DNA of 48,580 nucleotides, filler included, from Dimargaris cristalligena (Eukaryota): NCBI GenBank assembly GCA_003614675.1. It is 2 parts of 2 records of this genome, joined end to end, with 100 filler letters (N's around TTAATTAATTAA, not from the genome) between each part and the next. Parts side by side here need not be neighbours in the genome. Positions count along the whole stretch, not along the records: positions 24,362 to 48,580 come from ML002593.1; 1 more part is not named here. One strand, 5' to 3'. Shown piece by piece: positions 37,737 to 48,440 of this stretch (position 1 is its first letter; each line of letters starts with the position of its first letter). The notes under the pieces were generated by a model. It saw only the letters and a program-made list of their open reading frames with translations, ran no database searches and was not told where the DNA came from. The position numbers and the translations under genes were made by a program.

Positions 37737-37982
37737 TTTAGCATTTTATAAACTTTATTAATTTGCTTCTACTTGGAATCTCCCAAATCCCCCCCTCTAC
37801 TCAGGCCAAAGTACAATTGGTAAATCCCCTGGTTTATCTCAACCCTCCCCCCATTATACTATGGACTCAAAGACAATATTGGTTCTCACTTTGGACATAT
37901 GAGTAGAAAAATGCCGGTGGTATATTATATATAATGAGCACATGATGGCATGGTAACTGAGGGAGACTGTTCCCCCCATAGG

Positions 37983-38440
37983 TGTAAGGCCAATCCCTCC
38001 TATATTAACTCAGCTGTGTGAGAGAGGCTAGCTGAACTATAGTGCTGGTCATTTGGTCCCTCCCCCCCGCTGGGAGAGGACGACCCTACCCCAACAGCAC
38101 AAGAATAATACCTCCTGACACGTATATAGCCTGTGGGGCGGTGGTGGTATAGGGTCTTTGTGGGGAGCTCAGGAGGGACACGGGCACGGAGGGCGGAAGG
38201 GTTTCCTGCCACCAATAAAGTCGGGGATATAGATATAGTTTGGATAGTAAATATACTTGGAAAGACACTAAAACACTAGTAAAACTCGGAAAACACTTGA
38301 AAAGATACTCGAAGCAGGAACTCGTTTTCCTGGAGACACGCACATAAAATGGCCTACTTTATTAATGGGTTGGGAATGCTGGCGCTATTTATACAGCGCC
38401 AGTGAGCATAGGGCAAATAGCAAGTTCTAACAAATTAACA
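37983..38440 (-). mobile_element. Possible solo LTR
   Basis: Bounded by TGTAAG...TTAACA with flanks ATAGG/ATAGT (4 of 5 match). Minus-strand TATAAATA sits inside a CTGGCGCT/AGCGCCAG stem. No second copy in the window. Confidence 0.3.
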
Positions 38441-39964
38441 ATAGTGACCAAATGTTAGATATGGTGGATTAGATGACGAATTACCGCAGTGCTAGGAATC
38501 ATTAAATGAATAGAACCGTCGGGGTTCTGACGTCAATTCGGAAGGCGAATAACCAGTACAAACCAGTAGCGACGAGGATGGGCTCATGTCTAATCCAGTT
38601 AGACATGCACACTGCGGACTGTAACAGAGTTTCCATATAAAAATTGATGTTAAAATGGTAAATACGTTTCACCTCCCCTCAGAGGAATCCACCATACTAC
38701 CCAGAGCAGTTGACTTTTACCATGTATCTTGAATAAGTTGTAATTATATTATTACATTTTAAGAACTCGATCCAGGTATCCCTTTCATGGCCTGCCCATC
38801 TCAGCGGTATTTGTTATTCCTCGAAGCTCTTCCTACCCTGTTCGATTACAATAGCTATTCACCGGCAGGGTGGTATCTTCGATTGTAATTTAACATAGAG
38901 AAACATTGACTCGTAAGTTAACTATGGGAGCATCTCTATGAAGCTTTATCTGCAGTATTTTGTTGGTTCCTCTATTGACTCCTCTTGTGACACATTGCTA
39001 AAGAGGGGTTTACCTCTATGGAGTATGTATTCGGCTATGATAAGGCTTGCGACAGCTTTTGTTTATAGCCTAACAGTTATGGGAGAGAGTCCAATGCTCT
39101 CTAGCACAATTCAGGAAGCGGAGGGCCAAGTAATTGGGTTGTTGGTGGGTCGAGCTGTGCAGATCCCCAGACTCTTGCCCAGTGAGCAATACCAGTCAAT
39201 GATTAACTTCAAAGTATTTCTGCTGTGACTTCTCTCAGGCATAGGACTCATGATGGTCGAGGGGGGGGGGGTGGGGTGATGAGCCGAATAGATAGGTGGC
39301 AATTTTACCTTGTGGGAGTTATAGTAATACCAGGGGGAGAAAGAATTGTGACTGCTAAATGCACATTAAATGGTTGTTGTTAAGCGGCCCCTCGAATGCA
39401 GAGAATGGACTGTTGCATCCTTTTCTCAGGCGGCGCGTAGCCTATGGAATGTGGAGAGAGACCGCAATTAAATCAAGGCGGTTGCGGTCACGTGAGATGA
39501 ACGAGGGCTAAGGTAAAAGGACTTTGGCTTATCCCCGGCACTCAGTGGTTATCTATATAGGGGAACGTTCCCACCTGCCCAAGTGGGCTGATTGGACCAT
39601 GCTCTGTATTTTACTGGTCGTCTTCTAAAGATTATACCATCCGCTTCTTGACTCCCTCCTGATTGGCTACATACACTCTGAAGTACCCCGAGATATATAC
39701 ATCTAACATACCCCAGAGTATTTGATTTATATATCCCCCCTTTTCCCGCCACCAAGGGCATCACTGTATTTGTGTGACTACCTTTTTTATCCGTTGTATA
39801 GTAGTAGTAAACCCCCACCCGCCAAACCGCCTCCGTGAAGTTCGTTAGGCCCTCTCCGCTACTCGTCTTCCCCCCTCATCTCCTAGTCCGCTCCAGTAGA
39901 TTTCACCGCCACTCTCTTATATCCCTTTCTGTCCTTGCAACTCCATTCGTCGTCAGTCACCGTC

Positions 39965-42400
39965 ATGCTAGCTACAACCATCGCCGCCCCTGAACTAGGG
40001 AATGAGTCCTTGTCCGATTCACCCACTAAACTCTGGTCTCCCTCCAATGTTGAGAGTACCCACATGTACCAGTTTATGGCCTATGTCAACCAGAACTACG
40101 GCTTAGCTATCAGTAAGTTACCTGACATTTTTGGAGCTTTCGACTTTACGGCGGAACTACTTATGTCTACCCCGTCCCAGTGGGGGGCCATTAAACTCTG
40201 GTATCACTTCTTTGACTATATTTAGCTGCGTAATTATGTAAATATAACGCGCCTAGAACCCACTGTCATCGCTGTCCTATAATAATATATACTAATAATT
40301 ACATATAAGCACTCGTCCTATTTTATCTTGTTTGCTGAATTAGAGACGTATCCCGAACTTTACGACTGGTCCTGCACTGCCACCGCCGAGTTCTGGTCGG
40401 CAGTATGGCGATATGCGGATATCCAGGCACACCGGCCCGCCCTCCAGGTCCTGGACACCTCCGTTCCCATGGGCGACATTCCTGAGTGGTTTCAAGGGGC
40501 CCGGCTTAATTTTGCCGAGAATGCTCTCCGCTGGAATGACAATCACCCCGCCATCATATGTTGTGGCGAGCATCGTCTGGACGACGATCGCATCACCCGA
40601 CTAACCCACCGTCAGCTCCGTGAGCTAGTCGCCCATGTGGCCGCGGCCCTGCGCCGACTAGGGGTAACCCAGGGCGACCGTGTGGCAGGCTATTTACCCA
40701 ACGCCGTGGAGGCCGTGGCCGTGATGCTGGCGGCGGCTAGTTTGGGCGCCATTTGGTGTTCAACCTCCCCGGACTTTGGTACCATTGGGGTGTTGGATCG
40801 TTTCTCGCAAATCAAGCCCAAGGTCCTGTTTTCGGTTAACGCCATTGTGTATAACGATAAAGTGTATGATCATCTCGCCAAATTGCGCTCAGTGACGGAT
40901 GGGCTGTCCGACTTGGAACATACAGTGGTTATTCCGTTTGTGTCCAACCACCCCGCTCTTCCAAATGACGATGTACCCGGGGGATACATGACCTGGGGTA
41001 CCTTTCTCAACGGGGATTCCTCTGCAACTTCCGAGTCCGTGCCGCCACTCACCTTCACCTCGCTGCCGTTCAACCATCCCCTGTATATCCTCTTCTCCTC
41101 CGGCACCACAGGACTACCCAAATGTCTAGTCCACTCGGCCGGCGGTATGTTGATCCAGCACCTTAAAGAGCACATCATCCATGGCAACATGCGCCGCTCC
41201 GACGTCCTACTTCAGTACACCACCACCGGTTGGATGATGTGGAACTGGATGGTCTCGGCCTTGGCGGTGGGGGCCACTATTGCTCTCTACGACGGGTCCC
41301 CGTTTAAGCCCGCGCCTTCCGTCCTGTGGTCGCTTATCGAACGGTTCGGAGTTACCATGTATGGTACGTCGGCCAAGTATATTCAGTCGCTGCAGGATGC
41401 CAACTACCACCCACGCGACCATCACAATCTGAGCGCATTGCACTCGATCTATTCCACCGGGTCGCCCTTGAACCCGGAAAGCTACGATTTTGTCTACGAA
41501 CACATTAAGCCCGATCTGTGCCTGGGCTCTATCACCGGTAAGTGGCCCCCACAAAACCATCCCACTGGACTGCTTTCCCTTTGTAAGTACCGCCAATTAC
41601 TTTAATTCTATAACGGACCCAGGTGATTAATTGCAACATCACTATGTATGAATATATCCGACCATCCCCCCCCCCCCCCAATGACCTGCACTTTATTAGG
41701 TGGAACCGATATTTGCTCTCTGTTTGCGGCCCATAATACGGCCCTTCCCGTATACCGTGGCGAAATCCAGTGCCGGGGCCTCGGTATGGCCGTAGAAGCG
41801 TGGAATGCCGCTAAGCAGCCAGTCTATAACGAAAGTGGGGACCTGGTTTGTACCCGGCCCTTTCCCTGCATGCCCGTCTATTTTTGGAACGATACGGACG
41901 GCCGGCGCTACCGGAGGGCCTACTTTGACCACTACCCCGAAGTTTGGTACCACGGTGATTTTGTGTGGATCAACCGGTCCACCGGGGGGGTGGTCATGCT
42001 CGGTCGCAGCGATGGTACTTTGAACCCCGCGGGAGTCCGATTCGGCAGCGCTGAATTATACAATATTGTCGACTCGTATCCGGAAATTCTGGATTCGCTG
42101 GCGGTTGGTCAAAAGTGCGGGGACGACGAACGGGTGGTACTGTTCCTCAAAATGAATGCCGGCCAAGTATTTAGCGACACCCTGGTGGGTCGACTCAAGT
42201 CCCACATTCGCACCAAGCTCAGTCCCCGGCACGTCCCGTCATTTATTCTCGAAATCCCCGAGATTCCCTATACTATTAACGGCAAAAAGGTGGAGATTAT
42301 CGTGAAGAAGATTATCTCCCACCAGGCTGTGGTGCCCAGTGCTACGTTGGCCAACCCAGAGTGTTTGGCGCATTACCGAAATATCGCGGTTTTACAATGA
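39965..42400 (+). CDS. AACS: Acetoacetyl-CoA synthetase (AMP-binding family), 3 exons, ~680 aa
   Basis: Exons 39965-40112, 40344-41537 and 41700-42400. Motifs WFQGARLNFAEN, TSPDFG, LDRFSQIKPKVLF, YILFSSGTTGLPKCLVHSAGG, TTTGWMMWNW, GSITG|GTDIC, GRSDGTLNPAGVRFGSAELY, NGKKVE. Confidence 0.93.
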
Positions 42401-42516
42401 GGGTGGATAGGCTGAACAGAGAGTGAAGAGAGGGTGAGTGTGTGGAACCTGGTTAGGAATAGTTAATTAACCATTGGCCCTTTGTTCTCCTACTATCAAT
42501 TTTTTTCCTACGCCCA

Positions 42517-42655
42517 GGAAAAGTTCAGCCAGGTGTGAAAGCGAACAATCCGATGAATGGAGCAAATACAGCTGGTTAAAAGCAAGCCCCCCACATAGTA
42601 TCCCATACCAAGGTGATGTGAACTCCTATACAACTGGCCCGAATTTCACATATAT
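42517..42655 (-). mobile_element. MITE copy 6 (old, diverged)
   Basis: GGAAAAGTTCAGCCAGG...CTGGTTAAAAGC...CCCATAC...TATACAACTGGCCCGAATTTCACATATAT; colinear with copy 3. Confidence 0.6.
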
Positions 42656-43597
42656 ATACTATATACGACTATTAGCTACTTACTTACTTGCCCACCATTT
42701 TAATTTCGAATTCCGAGTTTGAGATACCAATAAATCATCAGATTTCTACTATTTCGCGTAGTGCCTAACTCTAAAACTGTCTCTAATCCCCTTCTCACAC
42801 GAAGGCCCCAATACAGCTCTTCGCGTGCCTAATTGACCAACAGCCGATATGGCTTACTTCAGCATCTGTTTTTAGGATTCCCGGTCCCCATTTAATAGGC
42901 AGTGAGCAGTAGGACCGACTATAACCTATCCTCCTCATACATGTATTATTGCTAACTGATGGCCGAGCGCTATCCCCCCCTCTCCTGCCATATTTTTTCC
43001 TGCGCCGTATTATTCTCAAGCTGCTCCTCCAATAATCGCAAGACCGGTTTTACCCCCCCCCACTCTCTATTTTCCCTTCCTTCAGCTGCCTTAAGCCTAA
43101 AATCAAGGGACCTCTTTGCACTTTGTTCTTGTCCTACGCGTACCTGGCCCAATGGAATGATAACTCCTCTCCAACGCGGAGTATTCATATATTGAGGAGA
43201 TAGCCTATAATAACCATTGGTGCCTTTTTTTCGTACATTGTTTAACACTAAAAGAGTTTGGGATTGGATAGAGTCGACTTTGTAGCACAATTGCTTTCCA
43301 TGTTCCTACCCAGCCGCGGTATCCGGCTACCGCATCGTTGACCTGATGCGTTTGTTTTTGTGTTAGTCCTAATCAACGGATCATTGATGACACACACCAG
43401 TATTTCGTGTTAAGGGCATACAAGTACCCTAAATGAGCATACCTGCACTCTGCATTCCCATATTTTCTTATTTTTAATGTTGGTGCTATAACTATGGACA
43501 TCTCTACTTAATTTTGGCCTTTGTTCCTCGCATATATTTATTACGCCGTATTTTTGTATTTTATGATCGCCATATTGATTTTTTTGAGACTTCACGT

Positions 43598-44821
43598 ATG
43601 GCCCGTTTGAATACCCGACTCTTCCCCAGAGGCACGTTGACTTGGGTAATAATGCCACTCCTGGCCCTTATTTGCCATGTTCAGGCCGCCCCACTCCCCT
43701 CGAATAATCTGTCCCAACAGCCACCAAGATTGGAAGACGTGCCATGGGCTTGTCAAATGTTTCTAGAATGTACCTCCACTGACCACCCCCCGTACACGGA
43801 AGATTCTGCTGCCGATTTATCCATGCCCCAACCCTGTACCATATTTTGTTGCGAACAAGGGATGGAGGAGTATCCGCCGGGTACTGAGGCCAATGGGACC
43901 GGTACTGACGCGCAAGTTAGGGACAGTCTCGATGACCCCTTGGCGGATAAACCCCATCTCAGCCCGCCCCACCATGGCCCAATAAGGGCTAATGTCCCCC
44001 TTCTTCCTTCTGCGGCAGGACCCAACCAGTCGCCCTTGCGCCATACTTCCGTAAGCAACGGAGACCGTACGGTCAGACCACCCTCGACTACTCCTCGGGT
44101 TTCGGATACCTCCACAGCGTCCTCCACTTCCTCGGTTTCGCCCATATCGCCACCTTCCATCGCTAACTTACGTTGTGGGTATTGCCCTATGGTGTGTTCG
44201 GATGTTAAAGGCCGCAAGATGCATATGGGTGAACTTCAACCCAACTGTATAAGATTTTACACAATATGTGTATGGGATAATGTGGGAGAATAATTTTTGA
44301 CCAGTAATATTTACCTTGTCAAATGGATTATTCGTTATACAGCCTGGATGAACTTCTGCCATATGGATCTACACGAGGCCGGCAAGATGACCCTTGTTTG
44401 TGAGGATTGCGGCCTCTGTTACTCCAAAAAGAACCACTTCACCAACCATCGCAAGTCGCATCAATTGTTGGAATGCCCCGACTGTAAAACAGTCTTTGCC
44501 CAAAGAAGAGGTCTCGTAAATCACCGGGAATGGGTGCTTTGCATCATAGAAAAACAATGCGCCTACTGCCAGCAACCATTGCAAGCCAAAACCGACTTGC
44601 GAGCACACATGTTGACCGAATGCCGTGTCTACCTCAAGAACCCGGGCCTATGCACTCGCTGCGGTAGAGACTTCGAAACTTCTATAGCTCTACTTTATCA
44701 TTTATTTTCACCTCCCTTGGACATGGGTCTAGCCTGTCGCCATTGCAAAAAACTACACAACGACTATTGCTCCTCACAGCTCCATCAAGTACGCTGCGGA
44801 CTGGACATTATTCAAGCCTAG
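43598..44821 (+). CDS. C2H2/C2HC zinc-finger protein with an N-terminal signal-peptide-like segment, interrupted by a MITE (in-frame TAA at 44291 unless spliced)
   Basis: ORFs 43514-44293 and 44297-44821 share one frame. Removing the MITE restores CGYCPMVCSDVKGRKMHMDLH. Further fingers: CEDC..HRKSH, CPDC..HREWVLC, CAYC..HMLTEC, CTRC..H, CRHC..HQVRC. Confidence 0.7.
44223..44364 (+). mobile_element. MITE copy 7, inserted in the first zinc finger
   Basis: gc-ATAT-GGGTGAACTTC...TTATACAGCCTGGATGAACTTCTGCC-ATAT-ggatct. The empty site gcATATggatct restores the finger, which defines a 4-bp ATAT TSD. Confidence 0.88.
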
Positions 44822-45890
44822 GCAGCCCCGCCTTTCGACTGGCTATAGGACCCTATCAAGTCAAAAATGAGAAGGCCCCGACTGGTCGTATTCAATCGGG
44901 GTTCCCAGCGAGCTACGAAGCATGGTGCCTATATTCAGGCATGTACTTCCGCTTCCGCATCATTAGTTTAAACCTCTAGTATAGCATATTCAATTCATTT
45001 ACGATACTTTTTTTGTTTGAAGATATAAGGTCTGGTTTAGTTTGAATCAATCAACTAGTCGACATGGTCCTGGGTCTTTTTTCTGATAGTTAGAATCTTA
45101 TAATAAAACGAGACCGTATGAGTCGGTGACTTTCATTTTTCTTTATAAATATTGGCAAATTAAGCCTCCGAAGGCTATGCAAAAGAGTACCGTATTATCA
45201 CTAGGCATGGTATTGGCCTAAATTGAAAACATGCCCGATTTAGACCATGCCGGGGAATTCTTTGAGTTATAGATATGAAGCATACCATGCCACTGTAGAC
45301 CAGCGAAAACCATTAAAGAAACGGTACAGTTGTTTGGTAATGTAATTTGGTATACCCTTGATCGTCGTCTATATGGCTAGTATAAATTTGAGGCATAAGC
45401 AGTACATTTATGAATTAAGTATTTGATTTGATTACTATAGAACAAGGTGGCCAACTGCATTCGGGTGTCTACAGAAGACGGTGTCGAAGTAACCTAGAAC
45501 CCATTTTATCAATAATAATCGGGTGCCTACAACCGGGGGAGAACCATGGCTATATAGGTCGATTCCTTAACACCGTCCAGAACTCCACCCAACAGATTCG
45601 CTAGTTCGGTAGGATGACAGGGGCCAGTGAATACGCCAGGCAGTTGAAAAAGGGTTAGACGCCCCAGGTCTGCTGTATTCCCGAAATATGATTTATATTG
45701 ACAACCCCTCGTCAGCTGTCTCCCTCATCGGAATCCCGTTCAGGTTCTGCTGTAATTAATTTGTTTAAAAAAAACGGAGGTCTATCCAACAGCCGGTTCA
45801 ATAGCCAACTTCCAGACTGGCCAAGCCCTTACACTTTACCCCCATGGGCAGAGGCAATTGGTGCAATGGCCTTGCCCATTTACTTAATAT

Positions 45891-46001
45891 ATATGGGGGA
45901 GGTATAACCAGGCTGTATAGCTAAAAAATATATCACTTGGCTATTTTTCCATACACACATCATTTAAAACTTTATACTGCTTGACCGGATTTCATCCACA
46001 T
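45891..46001 (-). mobile_element. MITE copy 8 (internally deleted, diverged)
   Basis: ATATGGGGGAGGTATAACCAGGCTGTATAG...CCATACAC...TAAAACTTTATAC...GGATTTCATCCACAT. Confidence 0.65.
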
Positions 46002-46334
46002 GAATGTTGCGTTTAACAAGGCCACCAATGACTGTAGCGCTCCTACCATTAGCTTGCAGCTATTATTTCTTTCTTTTTTTTAGATAGAAATAAAATAGTA
46101 AAGGGGCTTTATTAACCAGACAAAGTCCGTGACCAAGGGGACCTGTAAACCGGGGTCGAAAGGTAATGGAAATGCGAAAATGGTATGCTGGAATGTGTTG
46201 ATAACCGTAAACTACGTTATTCATCGGAAAGTAAAAGAGGTTTTTGTAAATAGCATAACCCATAACATATATTTATATATATATGTATGTATGTATGTAT
46301 AAGAAGCTGTTTAGGAGCGACTGGGTCGCCATTT

Positions 46335-46568
46335 CTAAGAATCTTTAGTGGTAAATATACTTTTAACTGCATCAATTGGGACCTTGGCCACCTTTAATAA
46401 GCCTTGAAAAAACCCACGGCGGTGTAGGGAGTTCGGCAATTGACCAGTAGAAGGTCCGATCCCCACCGTATCACCCATGCCCGGCAGGGGGGATGCGACA
46501 GTAGAACTGGCCAGGGCCAGCAGACCCAAAATAGCGGCGGGGTTGGTAAAGATGGTGGCAAACTTCAT
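46335..46568 (-). CDS. 77-aa secreted prepropeptide: signal peptide, pro-region, HRR dibasic site, 26-aa amphipathic peptide
   Basis: MKFATIFTNPAAILGLLALASSTVA-SPLPGMGDTVGIGPSTGQLPNSLHRR-GFFQGLLKVAKVPIDAVKSIFTTKDS. ATG at 46568; canonical upstream TATAAATA. Confidence 0.78.
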   Translation of the reverse strand: MKFATIFTNPAAILGLLALASSTVASPLPGMGDTVGIGPSTGQLPNSLHRRGFFQGLLKVAKVPIDAVKSIFTTKDS

Positions 46569-46781
46569 TACGCTGGTCGGTTTTTTTATGGCAGGTGGTA
46601 GTAGAAGTGAAAAAGGCACAAAAGATATGTCAAAAAGGCGGTTTAATAGGTGGATTGTCGGTACTGGTGCCGATAAAAGGTATTGGTGGGAGGTTACAGG
46701 GGGTGTTATGCTGAAAAGATAAACTGAATTGATGGCGGTCCTAAGTATTGAATTTGTCAAGAACAAGATGCTTGAACTTTA

Positions 46782-46836
46782 AGAGAGAATGAGAGAGAGA
46801 GAGAGAGAGAGAGAGTGTGTGTGTGTGTGTGTGTGT
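46782..46836. repeat. Compound (GA)n(GT)n microsatellite in the leader of the peptide gene
   Basis: Directly visible in the sequence. Confidence 0.9.
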
Positions 46837-46910
46837 TGATGTGCGTGGGTGTGGATGCGGATGTGGATGAGGATGAGTTTGATGGCAGGAAATAAGGAAC
46901 CAGGGCCCTC

Positions 46911-46918
46911 TATTTATA
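46911..46918 (-). promoter_or_regulatory. TATA box (TATAAATA) upstream of the peptide gene
   Basis: Plus-strand tatttata; followed on the minus strand by a CA/CT-rich leader. Confidence 0.55.
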
Positions 46919-47860
46919 CCTCTTAACGGTGGTTCAGTTTGAATCCCACATATCCTGTGTCTCGACGCCCAGCCTAATAAACGGACAAGTGATCTCTATT
47001 CGGCCCCCACCTTCTCCTCCCTCCACACCCTATAACCTAAATATCTTCCGGGCCGTCCCGAGAAAAAGAAATAGGAATCCGGTGGTTTGCAATAGCATAA
47101 ATAGGTTTCCTTGGTCAGAGTGGGCCTTTCCGGTGTATTGTAAGGTCGGCAAGCCTTCCTATAGCCAGTAGGCAGTGACCCGAACCATTGTTAAAGAAGT
47201 CCAAAAAGAAGGTTGTTCGGGGGGGATGAGCGGGATTTAGGGCGAAGGATAAGGATAATGAAAGCGAATAGGCCAGCCTAGTCCAATGCACATTTCTGTA
47301 ATTTAAGAGGGCCACCATATTCTTGTAATATATTTAGGAGTCCCAATACAATGGGACCCCTATCAACAACCAATTCAAGAGAATCTTAAAATAAGATACT
47401 AAATAATAGTTTACGAAGACATCGCAGCTAATCGGGTCCGTTTTCCGTTGTATGACATTCACTCGTACTCCTTTGTATTTATTTAAATTGCGTATATATT
47501 AAAATGATAACCTATAATCTGCGTTCTTTTATGCGAATGTTTTTATTTTTAGTTGAAGAAGGGGGGTGGGAAAGTAGTAGTATTACGCAGTCACAAAATA
47601 CCCTCAAGTCAGGCGCTATTGGGAGGAGGTGGGGGGTGATTAACAGTACCAAACAAGGTTCCCTACCAACTAGTGCAACCAATTGGTAGTGCAAAAAAAT
47701 CATTAAAATCCCGCCCTTTCATAACAGCTGCTATTTTCGGTGAACAGTGCCAAAGAATCTACTCTAATTCCATTCTCTTTGACGAAAAGAATGGTTTATA
47801 CAGTGGAGACATCAGTGTCCCATATTACATATACAGCTGACTGTTCATGGAAAGTCGTGA

Positions 47861-48001
47861 ATATGGGAGAGGTTCAACTAGGCTGAATAGCAGAAAATCC
47901 GGCGGGTGATTTAAATACTCTTAGTTAAAAATGAATCTCCCACGTAGTGTACCCTACACGTAGCATTTATAACATACATACGGTCCAAATTTCATCCACA
48001 T
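47861..48001 (-). mobile_element. MITE copy 9 (old, diverged)
   Basis: ATATGGGAGAGGTTCAACTAGGCTGAATA...AAAATCC...GTTAAAA...AATTTCATCCACAT. Confidence 0.65.
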
Positions 48002-48440
48002 TATTATAGTATATAAATAAAATATGGATCACTGGCATTTAATAAAATCGTCTTGCTAAGGACCTGCTACTGCAGTTATTGTAAAAATAATGGCACTAAT
48101 CATTTTAATGTGTCATCAACCAGACAAGGAAGTAAAGAAGTCAAAAAAAACAAAAAAAACATAGCTAATGGAGCTTGTAGACCAAAGTGAAGGGTAGAGA
48201 TGCATTTATTATCCACAACTTACTTTTGAAACCATTTTTTAAGAGATTTACAAGCTAGAATGAGTAGAATATGCCCACTTGTCTGTATTATACAGGGCCA
48301 ATAATTGGATCAGGACATTGGTAAATAAGACTGTCCAGGAGGAAGGACCATAGCCTATTTGATATAAAAATAACCAATATTAGTACTTGAAAATATGAAT
48401 AAAAAAGATGGATTATTGATATAGCTAAGCAAATATCAGA

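Noticed and set aside
38938-39302. Short ORFs as a transposase or retroelement remnant
   Set aside because: CpG-poor and possibly decayed coding DNA, but I recognise no motif in any frame.
46569-46766. N-terminal extension of the 143-aa ORF
   Set aside because: Starts at TTG and reads like leader sequence; the first ATG at 46568 opens a clean signal peptide.
4550-48001. Recurrent palindromic repeat as a CRISPR array, tRNA or SINE
   Set aside because: Copies are dispersed with TIRs and a TSD. There is no repeat-spacer periodicity, cloverleaf, A/B box or poly-A tail, and the DNA is eukaryotic.
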